Shown here: positions 9,091-20,028 of the stretch, in pieces | How the letters are laid out: each line of letters begins with the position of its first letter | Position numbering within the stretch: the stretch's first letter is position 1 | Assembly (NCBI GenBank): GCA_038824035.1 | Contig: JAWBBW010000019.1 | Location: 1-28,488 of the forward strand | DNA from: Desulfurococcaceae archaeon | Lineage (GTDB): Archaea; Thermoproteota; Thermoprotei_A; Sulfolobales; Desulfurococcaceae | Direction: 5' to 3' | DNA: 28,488 bases | The notes under the pieces: model-generated | Databases searched by the model: none | Told to the model about the DNA's origin: nothing | The model's input: the letters and a program-made list of their open reading frames with translations, nothing else | Position numbers and translations under genes: made by a program

Positions 9091-10494
9091 ATGACGGAGG
9101 AAATACCAAGATTAATGTGTACTCAACATCCCGATTCAGCGACAAAGGTTTCGACAGCCGAAGAGGTTGACGAGGCGATTCAATCATTTACATTATTTGG
9201 ATGTGAAGAGGTCATGTCTGATTACGAGGGCAAATTAACACCATATGCTCAGCCAAAGGACATTGTAATAAAGGCTCATAAAGCCGAATTGGCACTTGGA
9301 ACCGATTTCCTCATAACTCCTCGTATACCTAACCCCTCACTCGAGGAGATGGAAAGAGTTGTACTCTCGATAGACGCAGCATTGATCGCGAATTACTATT
9401 CTTATAAACTACTAGGCGCGCAGGCTGTGAAATGGGTCATATTACCAATGGTTGAGGACCCATTAATAGTTGAATTAGTTCATAGGCTTTTGGTCAAGAA
9501 AGCGAATGTTTTGAGAGAGGAACTCAAGGTCCCAGTTAACAACGTACAGATCATTCCACTCGTGGAGGACGTTGACGAGATAATTAACGTACATAGACAT
9601 ATAAACGCCGTGCTGAGATCCGGCGAGGAAATGGGGATCAAATACGACTCCATCAGGGTGTTCCTTGGTAAAAGCGATGCATCAGTGAGAAATGGGCACA
9701 TAGCGTCATCGATATCTATAGTATACTCACTCAACTTGTTGAGACATCTTAAGAAAAGACTTGGAATGAACATATATCCAATAATAGGCATGGGCTCGCC
9801 ACCTTTCAGAGGAGGGCTAAATAACCCCAGACTCGTGGATATGGAGGTAGATAATTACAGAGGATATTACACGACAACGATCCAATCTGCTGTCAGGTAT
9901 GATATCCCATATCATGACTACATAGGTGTTAAGAAAAAGCTATGGGATAATGTCGGCAAAGAGCCGAGATACATCGATGCCGGTGACTCATTAAAGATAA
10001 TAAGGAAAGCTGGGGTTAAATATAGATCACTGGTCAGCAGATACATTGACGTTATAAATAAATATGCACATGTAATACCATCCACACGGGATCGTGTCGT
10101 TTGGAGAGAATATGGCAGAGTGGTTGTCCTCGAGGATAGGAGATTGAATGTGCCGAGGGCAATTATGTATACTGCCATATGGTATCTCGTAGGGATCCCG
10201 CCCGTTTACCTAGATGCCCCGTTTATCATAGAGACGGCCAAGAACGGTGAATTAGAAGAGCTATTAAAACTACTCCCATATTTAGTGGATGAGTGGAAAT
10301 ATGAATCATCCTATTACTCGCCATCAATAGCGTCGAAGAGGCTTGATGAGAGCATAGTGCACATAGTGAACGAGGCACTTGATATCCTCGGCATTAAACC
10401 GGAACCCAATGACTCATATGTCAACTTATTATCAATGAACCCCATGGAGCCATATGTGTTATCACTCGCCAAGATACGGGGTTTCCTAGGCTAG
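9091..10494 (+). CDS. ppcA: Archaeal-type phosphoenolpyruvate carboxylase (start ATG 9091 or GTG 9082)
   Basis: IPRLMCTQHPD, DYEGK, RVFLGKSD, GMGSPPFRG, TIQSA, PRAI and the terminal RGFLG. Confidence 0.95.
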   Translation: MTEEIPRLMCTQHPDSATKVSTAEEVDEAIQSFTLFGCEEVMSDYEGKLTPYAQPKDIVIKAHKAELALGTDFLITPRIPNPSLEEMERVVLSIDAALIANYYSYKLLGAQAVKWVILPMVEDPLIVELVHRLLVKKANVLREELKVPVNNVQIIPLVEDVDEIINVHRHINAVLRSGEEMGIKYDSIRVFLGKSDASVRNGHIASSISIVYSLNLLRHLKKRLGMNIYPIIGMGSPPFRGGLNNPRLVDMEVDNYRGYYTTTIQSAVRYDIPYHDYIGVKKKLWDNVGKEPRYIDAGDSLKIIRKAGVKYRSLVSRYIDVINKYAHVIPSTRDRVVWREYGRVVVLEDRRLNVPRAIMYTAIWYLVGIPPVYLDAPFIIETAKNGELEELLKLLPYLVDEWKYESSYYSPSIASKRLDESIVHIVNEALDILGIKPEPNDSYVNLLSMNPMEPYVLSLAKIRGFLG

Positions 10495-10498
10495 GCCT

Positions 10499-11485
10499 TT
10501 ACACAACCCACTTCATCTCCATGTTATCCAGTAATTTTGCAATGTTTTTCTTCACGAAAATGCCTCTTGGTTCGCCGAGCACGTTTTCTGTAAGCTTGCA
10601 GAAACCACATATATGGTTCCTCGATGGCGAATAACAATATTGACAACGCAAAATCCCGTTTTCATCACTCTTTAAATATTCCTCTACGAGTTTACATAGG
10701 TTCCTATAAAGCATGATCTTTCCACCAGGTATATTATCCTCTAGAACCCTGGTTATAGAGTCAACTGCTCTATCTACATCACCAATGTGTTTGAATGGAC
10801 AAGGTGTTTCAATGTGTTTTAAACCAGTAGCCTTCACGTACGCCTTTATGTCGTCTTCATATACAGTGGTCAAGGGCTTCATTCTCGTGACCCCGTTAAC
10901 GCTGATCACTACGGGCTTCAGGCCTCTGAGGGAGTGGACATCATATGTGATCATGTCTTTCAACATGAATTTCAATGCATCGTCAAGGTGGTGCCCTGTC
11001 ATCACGATGTCGAAACCCCCGGTCTCTGCTACAGCGTTGAACAAATACCGCTTTACAAGGCCACATACACTACATGGAGCCCGCCTAGCTTTCCTCGATA
11101 ACTCTGGTAACCCTATTCCAATCAAATTTTTTAGATCGATCAATAGGAAAGGCACATTCTCGCCACCGGCTATGTCTCTCACAACGTTCTCGACTAGATC
11201 GCTGAAACCACTTATCCCGAGGTTCACGTGAACCGCTACGATATTTGTGTATTTTAGAACATCCCTATTCTTAAGTAAAATATGGAGAAGGCTCACACTA
11301 TCCTTACCTCCTGATAAAGCCACAAGGATTTTCTTATTCCTTAAATCTCGTCCTGGCTTGGAGAAAAACCTTAAGACCCGTTTCTCGAAATACTCTACGA
11401 AATGCGTCTCACACAGCCAGTATTTCAGGTAACTCGGCCTATAGTAACCACTAGTACCGCATAGTTTACAATCCAAGTGAATCAC
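10499..11485 (-). CDS. TtuA/TtcA/Ncs6-family tRNA 2-thiolation protein
   Basis: N-terminal CxxC...CxxHF Zn finger, SGGKDS PP-loop, PCSVCGLVKRY, TGHHLDD, CP and C-terminal CxxC...CxxC. Confidence 0.88.
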   Translation of the reverse strand: MIHLDCKLCGTSGYYRPSYLKYWLCETHFVEYFEKRVLRFFSKPGRDLRNKKILVALSGGKDSVSLLHILLKNRDVLKYTNIVAVHVNLGISGFSDLVENVVRDIAGGENVPFLLIDLKNLIGIGLPELSRKARRAPCSVCGLVKRYLFNAVAETGGFDIVMTGHHLDDALKFMLKDMITYDVHSLRGLKPVVISVNGVTRMKPLTTVYEDDIKAYVKATGLKHIETPCPFKHIGDVDRAVDSITRVLEDNIPGGKIMLYRNLCKLVEEYLKSDENGILRCQYCYSPSRNHICGFCKLTENVLGEPRGIFVKKNIAKLLDNMEMKWVV

Positions 11486-11591
11486 CTTGAACCACGTGGG
11501 AAATCATCTAGAAAAGTGCTTTATATGTCAATGGTTCTTAATCGTGTTTCCAAGAGAAGCCCGTGAACGGGATTTGATGAATAAAGAGGTC

Positions 11592-12572
11592 TTATCTCGT
11601 GTATTTCATACATGCAACGAAATGACCAGGCCTAGCCTCTATGAAAGCGGGTCTTGTCTCATAGCACTTTTCACTTGGCGATGGACACCTGTAATAATAT
11701 TTACAGCCTTTTATGAGGAATTCCTGTAGTTCAGTCTCCTTTAGTTCAACACGCTCTCTCAGGAACTTGTCTTTCTTGCTGTAATCTGGTAACGATTCTA
11801 ACAAGGTTATTGTATATGGATGTAACGGGTTTTTCAACACCTCGTCTATATTTCCATGCTCTATTATACAGCCCCTGAACATTATTGATATGTGATCACC
11901 TATGTAATATGCTGTTGCAAGGTCGTGCGTGATGTATAATATGGTCATTTTCTCCTGTTCTTTAAGTCTCTTGAATATGTTCAATATATTTGCCCTTAAC
12001 GATGCATCGAGCATCGAGACCGGCTCATCGGCAATTAATAATCTTGGTTTAACTACGAGGCTCCTCGCTATTGAAACCCTTTGTAATTGTCCACCTGATA
12101 ACTCGCTTCTCTTACGTCCCCTTATTGTATCGAGGTCTAATCCAACTATTTCGAGGGCTTTAGCTACGATCTCCACCGCCCTTTCCCTGTCTATTTCCAG
12201 TAATTTCTGGGCTGTTTTGATCAAAGGTATCTCTAGGTTTTCATATGGATTAAACGTGTCATAGGGGTCTTGGAAAACAGGTTGCACCATTTTATAATAT
12301 TCCTTCAGCTCGTTGCCTTTGAGTTTCCAAAGGTCTTTGCCGAGGAACAATATTCTGCCATTATCTGGCTTCACTATTCTGAGAAGCATTTTAGCTAATG
12401 TGGTCTTACCACAACCGGATTCGCCGGCTAATACATATATTGCTGGGTTATTGGTAATGGAGAAATCAACGTTATCTACAGCGGCGAATTTAGAGAGACC
12501 GAGTAATCCGTAGCCATAGTGCTTGGAGACGTTTCTCAGTTCAAAGATATTTAGAACCTCCCTGGGCTCCAC
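11592..12572 (-). CDS. Oligopeptide/dipeptide-family ABC ATPase (OppF/DppF-like), apparently intact
   Basis: GESGCGKTT, LSGGQLQR, DEPVSMLD, NPLHPYT and a C-terminal Cys cluster. GGGTGA RBS before the GTG start. Confidence 0.9.
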   Translation of the reverse strand: MEPREVLNIFELRNVSKHYGYGLLGLSKFAAVDNVDFSITNNPAIYVLAGESGCGKTTLAKMLLRIVKPDNGRILFLGKDLWKLKGNELKEYYKMVQPVFQDPYDTFNPYENLEIPLIKTAQKLLEIDRERAVEIVAKALEIVGLDLDTIRGRKRSELSGGQLQRVSIARSLVVKPRLLIADEPVSMLDASLRANILNIFKRLKEQEKMTILYITHDLATAYYIGDHISIMFRGCIIEHGNIDEVLKNPLHPYTITLLESLPDYSKKDKFLRERVELKETELQEFLIKGCKYYYRCPSPSEKCYETRPAFIEARPGHFVACMKYTR

Positions 12573-12578
12573 GCCAAG

Positions 12579-13559
12579 TCACCCAGAGTAAATCCAGCAT
12601 TTAACAGATCTATCGTTGACCCTAGTCACTGGTGGATCCTCGCTTCTACATCTATCCCTCACATATGGGCATCTCGGATGGAATTTGCACCCTGGTGGCG
12701 GGTTCAAGAGATCTGGTGGTTGGCCCGGGAGACCCTTGATCCCCTCTTTCATACCCAGCTTAGGTGTTGATGTTATTAGTGCCTTTGTATATGGATGTAG
12801 CGGCTATTCAAATAATTCTTTGGTATTGGATACCTCGATTATTTCCCCAGCATACATAACCGCCATTCTATCAGTTATCACACTTAACATCTGGATATCA
12901 TGTGATACAATCACAATGGTCATCTCCATGTCATTTCTCAATCTCTCGAATAACTGCAAAATTGCTTTTTGAACAACTACATCGACGGCCGATGTCGGCT
13001 CATCGGCTAGGACGACCTTTGGATGTAATATTGTTGCCAGCGCTATTGCAACTCTTTGCTTCATTCCACCACTTAATTGATGAGGATAGGAATCTAGGAC
13101 CTCGCTCGGTAACCCAAGCGTCTTTACATGTTTTGCAATCATCTCACGGCTCTCCTTTTCCTCGATATTCCTGTATCCATGCGCTTTCAACGTTTCCTCG
13201 AAATGTGTATACACCTTGATCAATGGATTAAATATGTTCTGAGCGGCCTGGGGGATCCATGAAATCTTTTTCCACCATATGTGTTTTTCGAGGAAATCCC
13301 TCTCAGCCGGCACAATATTATGGCTCTTTCCATCCTGGTCTACATAGATCACATTGCCTTTCAATACCTTTAAAGGAGGCTCTATGTGCCCGTAAATAAC
13401 TCTAATTAGCGTTGATTTGCCACACCCGGATTCACCGACTATCCCGATGATCTCCTTTGACTTAATATCTAGTTTGACATTGTTCACCGCTTTTATATAA
13501 CCCTTTCTCAACATATATCCAGCGTTCAAGTCGTTTACGATGATTATGTTGTCCATCAT
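12579..13559 (-). pseudogene. OppD/DppD-like ABC ATPase with an in-frame TAG at 12804-12806
   Basis: The same frame continues after the stop as PLHPYTKALITSTPKLG...PPDLLNPPPGCKFHPRCPY...VKCWIYSG* (stop 12579-12581), which is the missing oligo_HPY domain. Confidence 0.88.
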
Positions 13560-13567
13560 CCCACCTA

Positions 13568-14371
13568 CTAGAGCACATATCTACGGTATAGTTCAAGTGA
13601 AATGAAATACATGGAGACTATCAAAGTAACCAGGAGTGCCACTGGGAAAGCTATCCACCACCAAATACCCCTTGGCAATGCCAGATAATTCATTGCCCAG
13701 AATATTATTAGCCCTAGAGTTGGCTCGGCTAAGCTTAGTAACCCGAATACAGCTAGTGTGGTCTCTATGCCTATTGCCCATAGCATTATGTTCAACAAGC
13801 CACTTATAAGTAGACCAAATATATAGGGGAGATAGTGATACCTGATCGAATCGATCAGGCTATAACCGGAGAACCTAGCTGTATATGTGAATGTCCTTTC
13901 CCTCAGGCTCATTACAGTGGACCTTATATATCTCGATGGCCACGCCCACGAGAACACTGCTATCCATAGAGCCATTGTCAATGGGTTTATGGCCTCTCTC
14001 CACAGTGAGAAAAGCAACACAAGGACTGGCAGAGCAGGTATCACGCAAAACGAATCTATAAATAGTGTTATGGCTGTAAACGCCTTTCCACGTAGATATC
14101 CCCCTATGACACCAATGATCATGGCTATGGCTATCCCTATTAACCCGGTTATCAACGACATTGTTATGGAATACCTGAGCGCTTGTGCACATAGCCAAAA
14201 CAGGTCTTGTCCAAGCGATGTTGTGCCGAATGGGTATTTCAATGAGGGAGGTTGATTGGGTGGGATGACATTCCACCTCCTTGGATCAAATGGAGCCAAT
14301 GCGCTGATCACTTATGCGTATATAATTATTATGGCCAATATCACAGCCGAGGCCAATAACCTCTTGCTCAT
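13568..14371 (-). pseudogene. OppC/DppC-like ABC permease with an in-frame TAA at 14312-14314
   Basis: ATG 14371 gives MSKRLLASAVILAIIIIYA*VISALAPFDP... in one frame. PFGTTSLGQDLF and an EAA-like loop follow. Confidence 0.85.
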
Positions 14372-14373
14372 AC

Positions 14374-15031
14374 CTACTCGCCTCTAAATCCATACCTTAT
14401 ACGGGGGTCTATGAATGGATATATTATATCCAATATGAATGCGGCAACAGCTACACCAGTAATGGAGTATGCACATATGCCTAGGAGCAGGTTGAAATCA
14501 GCGCGTTGAAGTGAGAGCAGTATTAGGTAACCTAGGCCTGGGTATGTGAACAAGTACTCGGTTGCCAAGGCGCCTGAAAACACGTTTCCAAGGCTAAGTG
14601 TCAAAGCAGTTATTTGAGGTAACATCACGTTTTTCAACACATACCTGGATATTAGCTTATCACGTGGTAAAGCCCTTATCGTGGCATAGAACACATAGTC
14701 CTCTCGCTTGACACTCAATGTGAGCATGTATGCACCGACAAACCACGTGGCTACCCATATTATTATCAATGTCAATGCAGGTAACCAGGCCCTTGAAATG
14801 GCAGCTTTAAGGAACTCCCATGACAACTCCGGTTTCATGAAGCCAGCACCCCCGACGCCGGAATACACTGGAACCACGATACTGAAAACTATGAAGAGAA
14901 CTAGCGCAAGCACTATGTATGGTAAAAGGGTAGATAATGGTGGATATCATTAATAGTGCTTTACTTATTTTCTTGTTTTCGAAAAAGCTGAGAGCGTCCC
15001 CAAGATCACTCCAATGATCCACGATAATACG
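14374..15031 (-). pseudogene. OppB/DppB-like ABC permease, N-terminally truncated, with two frameshifts
   Basis: The C-terminus (EYLFTYPGLG, DIIYPFIDPRIRY) is intact. Upstream, VLSWIIGVILGTLSAF, FENKKISKALLMISTIIYP and LPYIVLALV are joined only through shifts at short A/T runs near 14982 and 14924. The usual ~100-aa N-terminus is missing. Confidence 0.8.
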
Positions 15032-15124
15032 TAAGGATTAGTAATAGAATAAGGAAGATATATGTTTGTGGTTCATTTTATTCCCCTTATGTTTAGGTAC
15101 AAGGCTTTTATGGTCAAATAGTAG

Positions 15125-15633
15125 TTAGGAGTTTTCTCTGAGTTTTAATTCCTCGAATACTCCGCGGGATATATGGTTTTTAACTGATCTATATCCAAGC
15201 CATTCTATGCAAATAGTCAATGCTCCTCCGGGGAGAAAGCCGGCTTCTCCAATGGTGTGTTTGATTACGAGGTACTTGAGATCGGGGTTTCCGAGGCCTA
15301 TTAAGACTAATACTACATTGGCAAAGTATATCAACGCTGAGCCGAGGAAATATGGTCTTTGTAAATTCTTGACTACAATGGTGTAGAAATACACAGAGAA
15401 GTGTAGAGCGAGGATGTAGGCGAACCATGGGATCATGGAGATCTCCGTGAAATCGTATACCATGGTCCATCTGCCGATTATTAGCCTCAAGAATGGTTGG
15501 GGCATAAAGACGACTCCTAGGCCCGGGAATTCTAGGAGATAGACAACGATGATTAGTATAATTGAGTAAATGGCGCTCATGACAAGCGATCCTAGGAGCA
15601 ATTTGCGAATAACATATAACCAGGTTTTTTCAT
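15125..15633 (-). pseudogene. Hypothetical multi-pass membrane protein with a probable frameshift just after the start
   Basis: ATG 15633 is followed by an A6 run; adding one A gives MKKTWLYVIRK in frame with the 158-aa ORF 15125-15601. A TATA-like TATATAAA lies about 35-40 nt upstream. The gene could alternatively be intact from TTG 15601. Confidence 0.55.
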
Positions 15634-15717
15634 GGTTAGATCATCGGTATCTATATCGTTAAAGCCATTTATATACTCATAGTCAACGCGTGTTCTAGCT
15701 CAGCGTTTTAAAAGACT

Positions 15718-16344
15718 TCATGATTGAAGCTCACTCAAATACTGCTCTATGTAATCCACGTGGTCTACTATTCTCTCGATATGTCTCATCAATAGTGCTT
15801 TACAAGCGATCTCTCTATTAACGTTTTCATTCATGGTTATCTCTCGTAATACTTTTCCATATTCCTCATCAACCGCGTTATCTATATCGCTTATTATGTC
15901 CTTGTTCACAGGTTTGAGCTCCTCGAGATCCTTTATCACAGCTTCCACGGCTTTTCTAGCCAGGTCGAACACAGCGTGCATATTTCGTATCTTGCTTATA
16001 TTGCTCTCCGGCATCATCAACATATCTATTCTAGCTATCTCCCTGCAATATCTCGATATTCTGTACATATCGTACGCTATGCTTATGATTATCTGCGCCT
16101 CTCTCAGTTCTAATCCAAGTGGTTGTTTCCTAGCTATGAACATTAATACCTCCATGACCAGTTCTTTCCTTAAATTATCCAGTATCATGGAGATCTCGTT
16201 TACCTCGTTCCATATCTTTTTCCTTGACTCCAGGTCATCCGTTGTCGAGAACAACGCGTTGACTCTGTCGACACTCTCCTTGGTTAAAATGGACATTCTA
16301 ACCAGGATATCCTTTATTCTCTCTAAACCCCTTGTAAAAGACAC
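15718..16344 (-). CDS. phoU: Phosphate uptake regulator PhoU
   Basis: Two PhoU repeats (ARKQPLGLELR...YDMYRISRY and RHIERIVDH). Last gene of the pst operon, with a 1-nt overlap with pstB. Confidence 0.88.
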   Translation of the reverse strand: MSFTRGLERIKDILVRMSILTKESVDRVNALFSTTDDLESRKKIWNEVNEISMILDNLRKELVMEVLMFIARKQPLGLELREAQIIISIAYDMYRISRYCREIARIDMLMMPESNISKIRNMHAVFDLARKAVEAVIKDLEELKPVNKDIISDIDNAVDEEYGKVLREITMNENVNREIACKALLMRHIERIVDHVDYIEQYLSELQS

Positions 16345-17096
16345 TACACCTCACCTCTCAGGAACTTAGCTGTGAATTCTGTTCTCGGGTTTAAAAACAC
16401 CTGAGATGCAGGACCCTGCTCCACTATTGAGCCATTGTAGATCATGGCGACATGGTCAGCGACCCTGGCGGCTTGGTGAGGCGAGTGTGTGACCATGATG
16501 ATTGTCATGTCTTCCTTTAAAGCAGATATGGCTTCTTCGATTTTCCTAGCATTTACTGGGTCTATGTTCGCGGTTGGCTCATCTAATAAGAGGATCTTGG
16601 GTTTCATCGCGAGGGCCCTTGCAAGGCAAAGTCTTTGTTTCTGGCCACCGCTAAGTGTATGAGGGTAGTTCGTTAGCCTGTCTTTCACCTCATCCCATAG
16701 CATTGCCTTATCCAATGCCCATTTCACGATCTCGTCTAACTCTTTCTTATTCCTCGCAACACCATTTATTCTTGCCGATATTGCGACATTCTCGTATATG
16801 GTCATATGGGGGAATGGATTCGGGATCTGGAAAACCATCCCTATATATCTCCTCAGATCATATGGGTCCACTTTGAAGGCGTCAAATCCCAGTACTTTCA
16901 CAGAGCCTTTGACCTTTGCGTTTGGATTCAACTCTATTAACTTGTTTATGACTCTTAGAATAGTTGTTTTACCGGATCCAGATGGCCCCATTATCACGTA
17001 CACAGTGTTGTATGGTACTTTTAACGTTATATTCCTCAATACATGCCTGTCCTCGATATATACATCGACACCTTCCATTTCAACAGCATACATCAA
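16344..17096 (-). CDS. pstB: Phosphate ABC transporter ATPase
   Basis: [44 protein letters not shown] and [11 protein letters not shown]. Confidence 0.95.
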   Translation of the reverse strand: MMYAVEMEGVDVYIEDRHVLRNITLKVPYNTVYVIMGPSGSGKTTILRVINKLIELNPNAKVKGSVKVLGFDAFKVDPYDLRRYIGMVFQIPNPFPHMTIYENVAISARINGVARNKKELDEIVKWALDKAMLWDEVKDRLTNYPHTLSGGQKQRLCLARALAMKPKILLLDEPTANIDPVNARKIEEAISALKEDMTIIMVTHSPHQAARVADHVAMIYNGSIVEQGPASQVFLNPRTEFTAKFLRGEV

Positions 17097-17938
17097 AGTT
17101 TCACCTCTTTAACCAGGAACTTGGTGGATATAAAGATAACCAGGTATGAGACTAGGAGCAGTGCTGCGGCTGCCCATGATATGTCCTGGAACACCTTATA
17201 CGGTGTCAACATGTAATCGAATATCAGAAGAGGGATCGCATCTGCGGGATCTAATGGAGATAACGAAACACCTATTCTATATCTACCAGTCACGAACAAT
17301 AATGCAGCTGTCTCACCCATGATCCTGGCAACTGTCATTAAAACTCCTATCGCCAACCCCCTCCTAATTATGGGTATAAAGACGTTGAACACGGTTCTCC
17401 ACCTACTCATTGCGATGGCGTAAGCGGCCTCTCTGTATGTCGCTGGAATAGATCGTAGGTATGTGGATATATATGTATATGCATATGGCAATGCTATTAT
17501 CGTCAACGCTATTGCACCAGCTATCATCGAGAACCTCTTCATTGGGATCACTACAACTAGGTAAACAACCATGGAGACAACGATTGTGGGAATACTGGCC
17601 AGGGACTTGGCTATGACATCCACTGCCATGGACAACGGGTTTCTCGGAAACTCTGTCGACATTATTGCGGAGAAAAGCGCCAGTAAAATGGTCAAAGGTG
17701 TGGCGATCAAAGTCATGATCGTCGAACCCACTAGTGAGGGGGCTATCCCTCCGATATCCCTCGATAAAGGTGTTGGAGGAGTCTTGGTGAAGAAATCTAC
17801 CCCGGCTCTAAGAATGACCGGGATACCATTGCCCAGTGTTACAATGATTATGTGGATTAACGGCATAATGGCTATTAGGGATAACGCTATGATAAACATG
17901 AAGAATAATTTATCCTTTATCCTCCTCCACCTATACAA
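17093..17938 (-). CDS. pstA: Phosphate ABC transporter permease
   Basis: [24 protein letters not shown] and [11 protein letters not shown]; position in the operon. Confidence 0.93.
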   Translation of the reverse strand: MYRWRRIKDKLFFMFIIALSLIAIMPLIHIIIVTLGNGIPVILRAGVDFFTKTPPTPLSRDIGGIAPSLVGSTIMTLIATPLTILLALFSAIMSTEFPRNPLSMAVDVIAKSLASIPTIVVSMVVYLVVVIPMKRFSMIAGAIALTIIALPYAYTYISTYLRSIPATYREAAYAIAMSRWRTVFNVFIPIIRRGLAIGVLMTVARIMGETAALLFVTGRYRIGVSLSPLDPADAIPLLIFDYMLTPYKVFQDISWAAAALLLVSYLVIFISTKFLVKEVKL

Positions 17939-18857
17939 CTATCTTCCCCCTCCACTTGATGATTATCGATAACCCGATAAAGCTAAGCACAATGGCTATC
18001 AATAGGACTATTAAAGCGGATAAGTATAGAACTGATTCAGCGTATTCATATAAGTATGCATTTGCGAACTGTGATGCTATTAAAGCCGAGACTGTATACC
18101 CTGGTGAGAAAACACAGGCACTAAGATACATGGAGTTTCCAATAGTGGCTACGGCAATGGTTGTCTCCCCGAGGGACCTCGCGAAACCCAGTATCAGTGA
18201 TGCAAGAATAGCCGGCCTCGCAAGCGAGATCATGATTTTTATTGATTCGTATTTGGTTGCGCCAATACCGAGACACGCCTCCTTGTAGATCAATGGAATG
18301 CTTTGATAGGCCTCTAACACCATGGCTGTGACATACGGCACTATGGAGATCCCTATGGAGATCCCAGCCGTAAACACTGTGAAGCCGGTTATGGGTTTAC
18401 AAGAGAACAACGGTATTATTGATAAATACATATGTAATGGATCCATGACGTGATTTTTCAAGATCGGTGCAAGATAGGTAGATGCCCAAATAGCGTATAT
18501 TATAGTGGGCAAACCACCCATTAACTCGACAATTGATGAAAATATGTTTCTAATACTGCCATGCAAGTATTCAGCAATCAGGATAGACAATGGCAACGAT
18601 AACACCAGGGCTGTTAACACAGCCAATGTAGATGTGACTATGGATCCCACGATAGGCGCTAAGAGACCATATTTACCGTTTTCAGGATCCCATATATTCG
18701 AGACAAGTAATTTAAGGCCGAAAACCCTTATGGATTCGATTGAATTAGATGATATGGTGATGACAGCCACGATGAGGATCCCGAGTAAAATAACTGAAAA
18801 GGGTATTAAGGAAAGGAAAAAAACCTTGTCTTTTCTTGATAAATGCATCGCGATCAC
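17931..18857 (-). CDS. pstC: Phosphate ABC transporter permease
   Basis: WDPENGKYGLLAPIVGS, ELMGGLPTIIY, GATKYE, ARSLGET and ALIASQF. Confidence 0.93.
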   Translation of the reverse strand: MIAMHLSRKDKVFFLSLIPFSVILLGILIVAVITISSNSIESIRVFGLKLLVSNIWDPENGKYGLLAPIVGSIVTSTLAVLTALVLSLPLSILIAEYLHGSIRNIFSSIVELMGGLPTIIYAIWASTYLAPILKNHVMDPLHMYLSIIPLFSCKPITGFTVFTAGISIGISIVPYVTAMVLEAYQSIPLIYKEACLGIGATKYESIKIMISLARPAILASLILGFARSLGETTIAVATIGNSMYLSACVFSPGYTVSALIASQFANAYLYEYAESVLYLSALIVLLIAIVLSFIGLSIIIKWRGKIVV

Positions 18858-19996
18858 ACCTTCTCCATGATATTTATGGCCTCTCTCAACAAGTTCTTAA
18901 TAGGTTCGGGAGGAGCCACATAGCCGGGTATGATGTGATTATATCCCTCTTCCAGGATCCATTTCAAGAACTCTCTCATAGCGTATGCCTTAGATGAATC
19001 ATTATACCTTCTCCATAGAACCAAGTGTGTTAAAGCAGCAATGGGATAGCTTTCATCGCCTGGTGCATATACGGCTTCGTACACTATGTGGCTGAAGTCA
19101 TCTAACGGAGAGCTTGGTATATTGATATTCTCCAACGCGCTGGCTATAGACTTCTCTGAGGGCTTTGCGAAAACGCCTGCGGCATTCCTAAGCAATGCTA
19201 TGGATAGGTTATTGGCAATCGCATATCCCCATTCAACGTATCCAATGCTATACTGTACCTGTGTGATGATCTGTGTAACACCTTCATTTCCTTTCCCACC
19301 AATACCTCTACCAAGTGTCGCCACAGGCCAATTAACTGTCTTCCCCACTAATTCCTTTGGCCACATACCATGCGTGGCCTTGTGGAGATATGTGGTAAAT
19401 ATCTCAGTGGTTCCACTTGAATCCGATCTATACACAGCTATGATCTCTCTATGTGGTAACTTATCAGCGATATCGGGATTTAACTGTTTAATATAGGGAT
19501 CATCCCAGTATACTATCTCCCCTTTATATATCCTCGCGATCGCTATTTCATCTAGTTTTAAGACATTATCCCCAGATAGCTCTGGTATGTTGTAAACCAC
19601 CACGACAGCTCCCGCGAGCCACGGTATTTGTATCACCTCTCCTCGATATTTCTCCCATGTTTCACGGGAAAGCGGTGGATCACTGCATGCGAAATCAACT
19701 GTTCCTTGGAAAAACATGCTGAGACCTGCACCACTGCCAACTGATTGATAACTCACCTTAATACCTGTTTTAGAGTGGAATAAATGTATCCACTCGCTGA
19801 GCTGGGGATAAACGAACGTGGCACCGGCCCCTTCTAACACCATATCGAGGTGGGTAGATGTACGTTCGATCGGAGTAGATGTCGATGTAGTTGGCCTATA
19901 GCTCGTTTGTTGTATCAATATGAACCCTGTCAGCGAAGCCGCGATCACAACTATTATCGTCAATATTGCTGTTATATGTTTGCGCGACGAAGACAT
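18854..19996 (-). CDS. pstS: Phosphate-binding protein; likely start ATG 19996 rather than 20041
   Basis: GAGATF, YQSVGSGAG, DFACSD, RSDSSGTT and GKGNEGV. N-terminal TM anchor plus Ser/Thr linker. GGGGA RBS precedes 19996. Confidence 0.95.
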   Translation of the reverse strand: MSSSRKHITAILTIIVVIAASLTGFILIQQTSYRPTTSTSTPIERTSTHLDMVLEGAGATFVYPQLSEWIHLFHSKTGIKVSYQSVGSGAGLSMFFQGTVDFACSDPPLSRETWEKYRGEVIQIPWLAGAVVVVYNIPELSGDNVLKLDEIAIARIYKGEIVYWDDPYIKQLNPDIADKLPHREIIAVYRSDSSGTTEIFTTYLHKATHGMWPKELVGKTVNWPVATLGRGIGGKGNEGVTQIITQVQYSIGYVEWGYAIANNLSIALLRNAAGVFAKPSEKSIASALENINIPSSPLDDFSHIVYEAVYAPGDESYPIAALTHLVLWRRYNDSSKAYAMREFLKWILEEGYNHIIPGYVAPPEPIKNLLREAINIMEKV

Positions 19997-20028
19997 TATA
20001 TCCCCATATCTCACTATCAAGATATATG

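Noticed and set aside
12804-12806. In-frame TAG in the OppD-like gene as pyrrolysine or programmed readthrough
   Set aside because: Neighbouring genes carry a TAA stop and frameshifts, several intact genes here end in TAG, and no pyl genes are visible. A nonsense mutation (for example AAG to TAG) is simpler.
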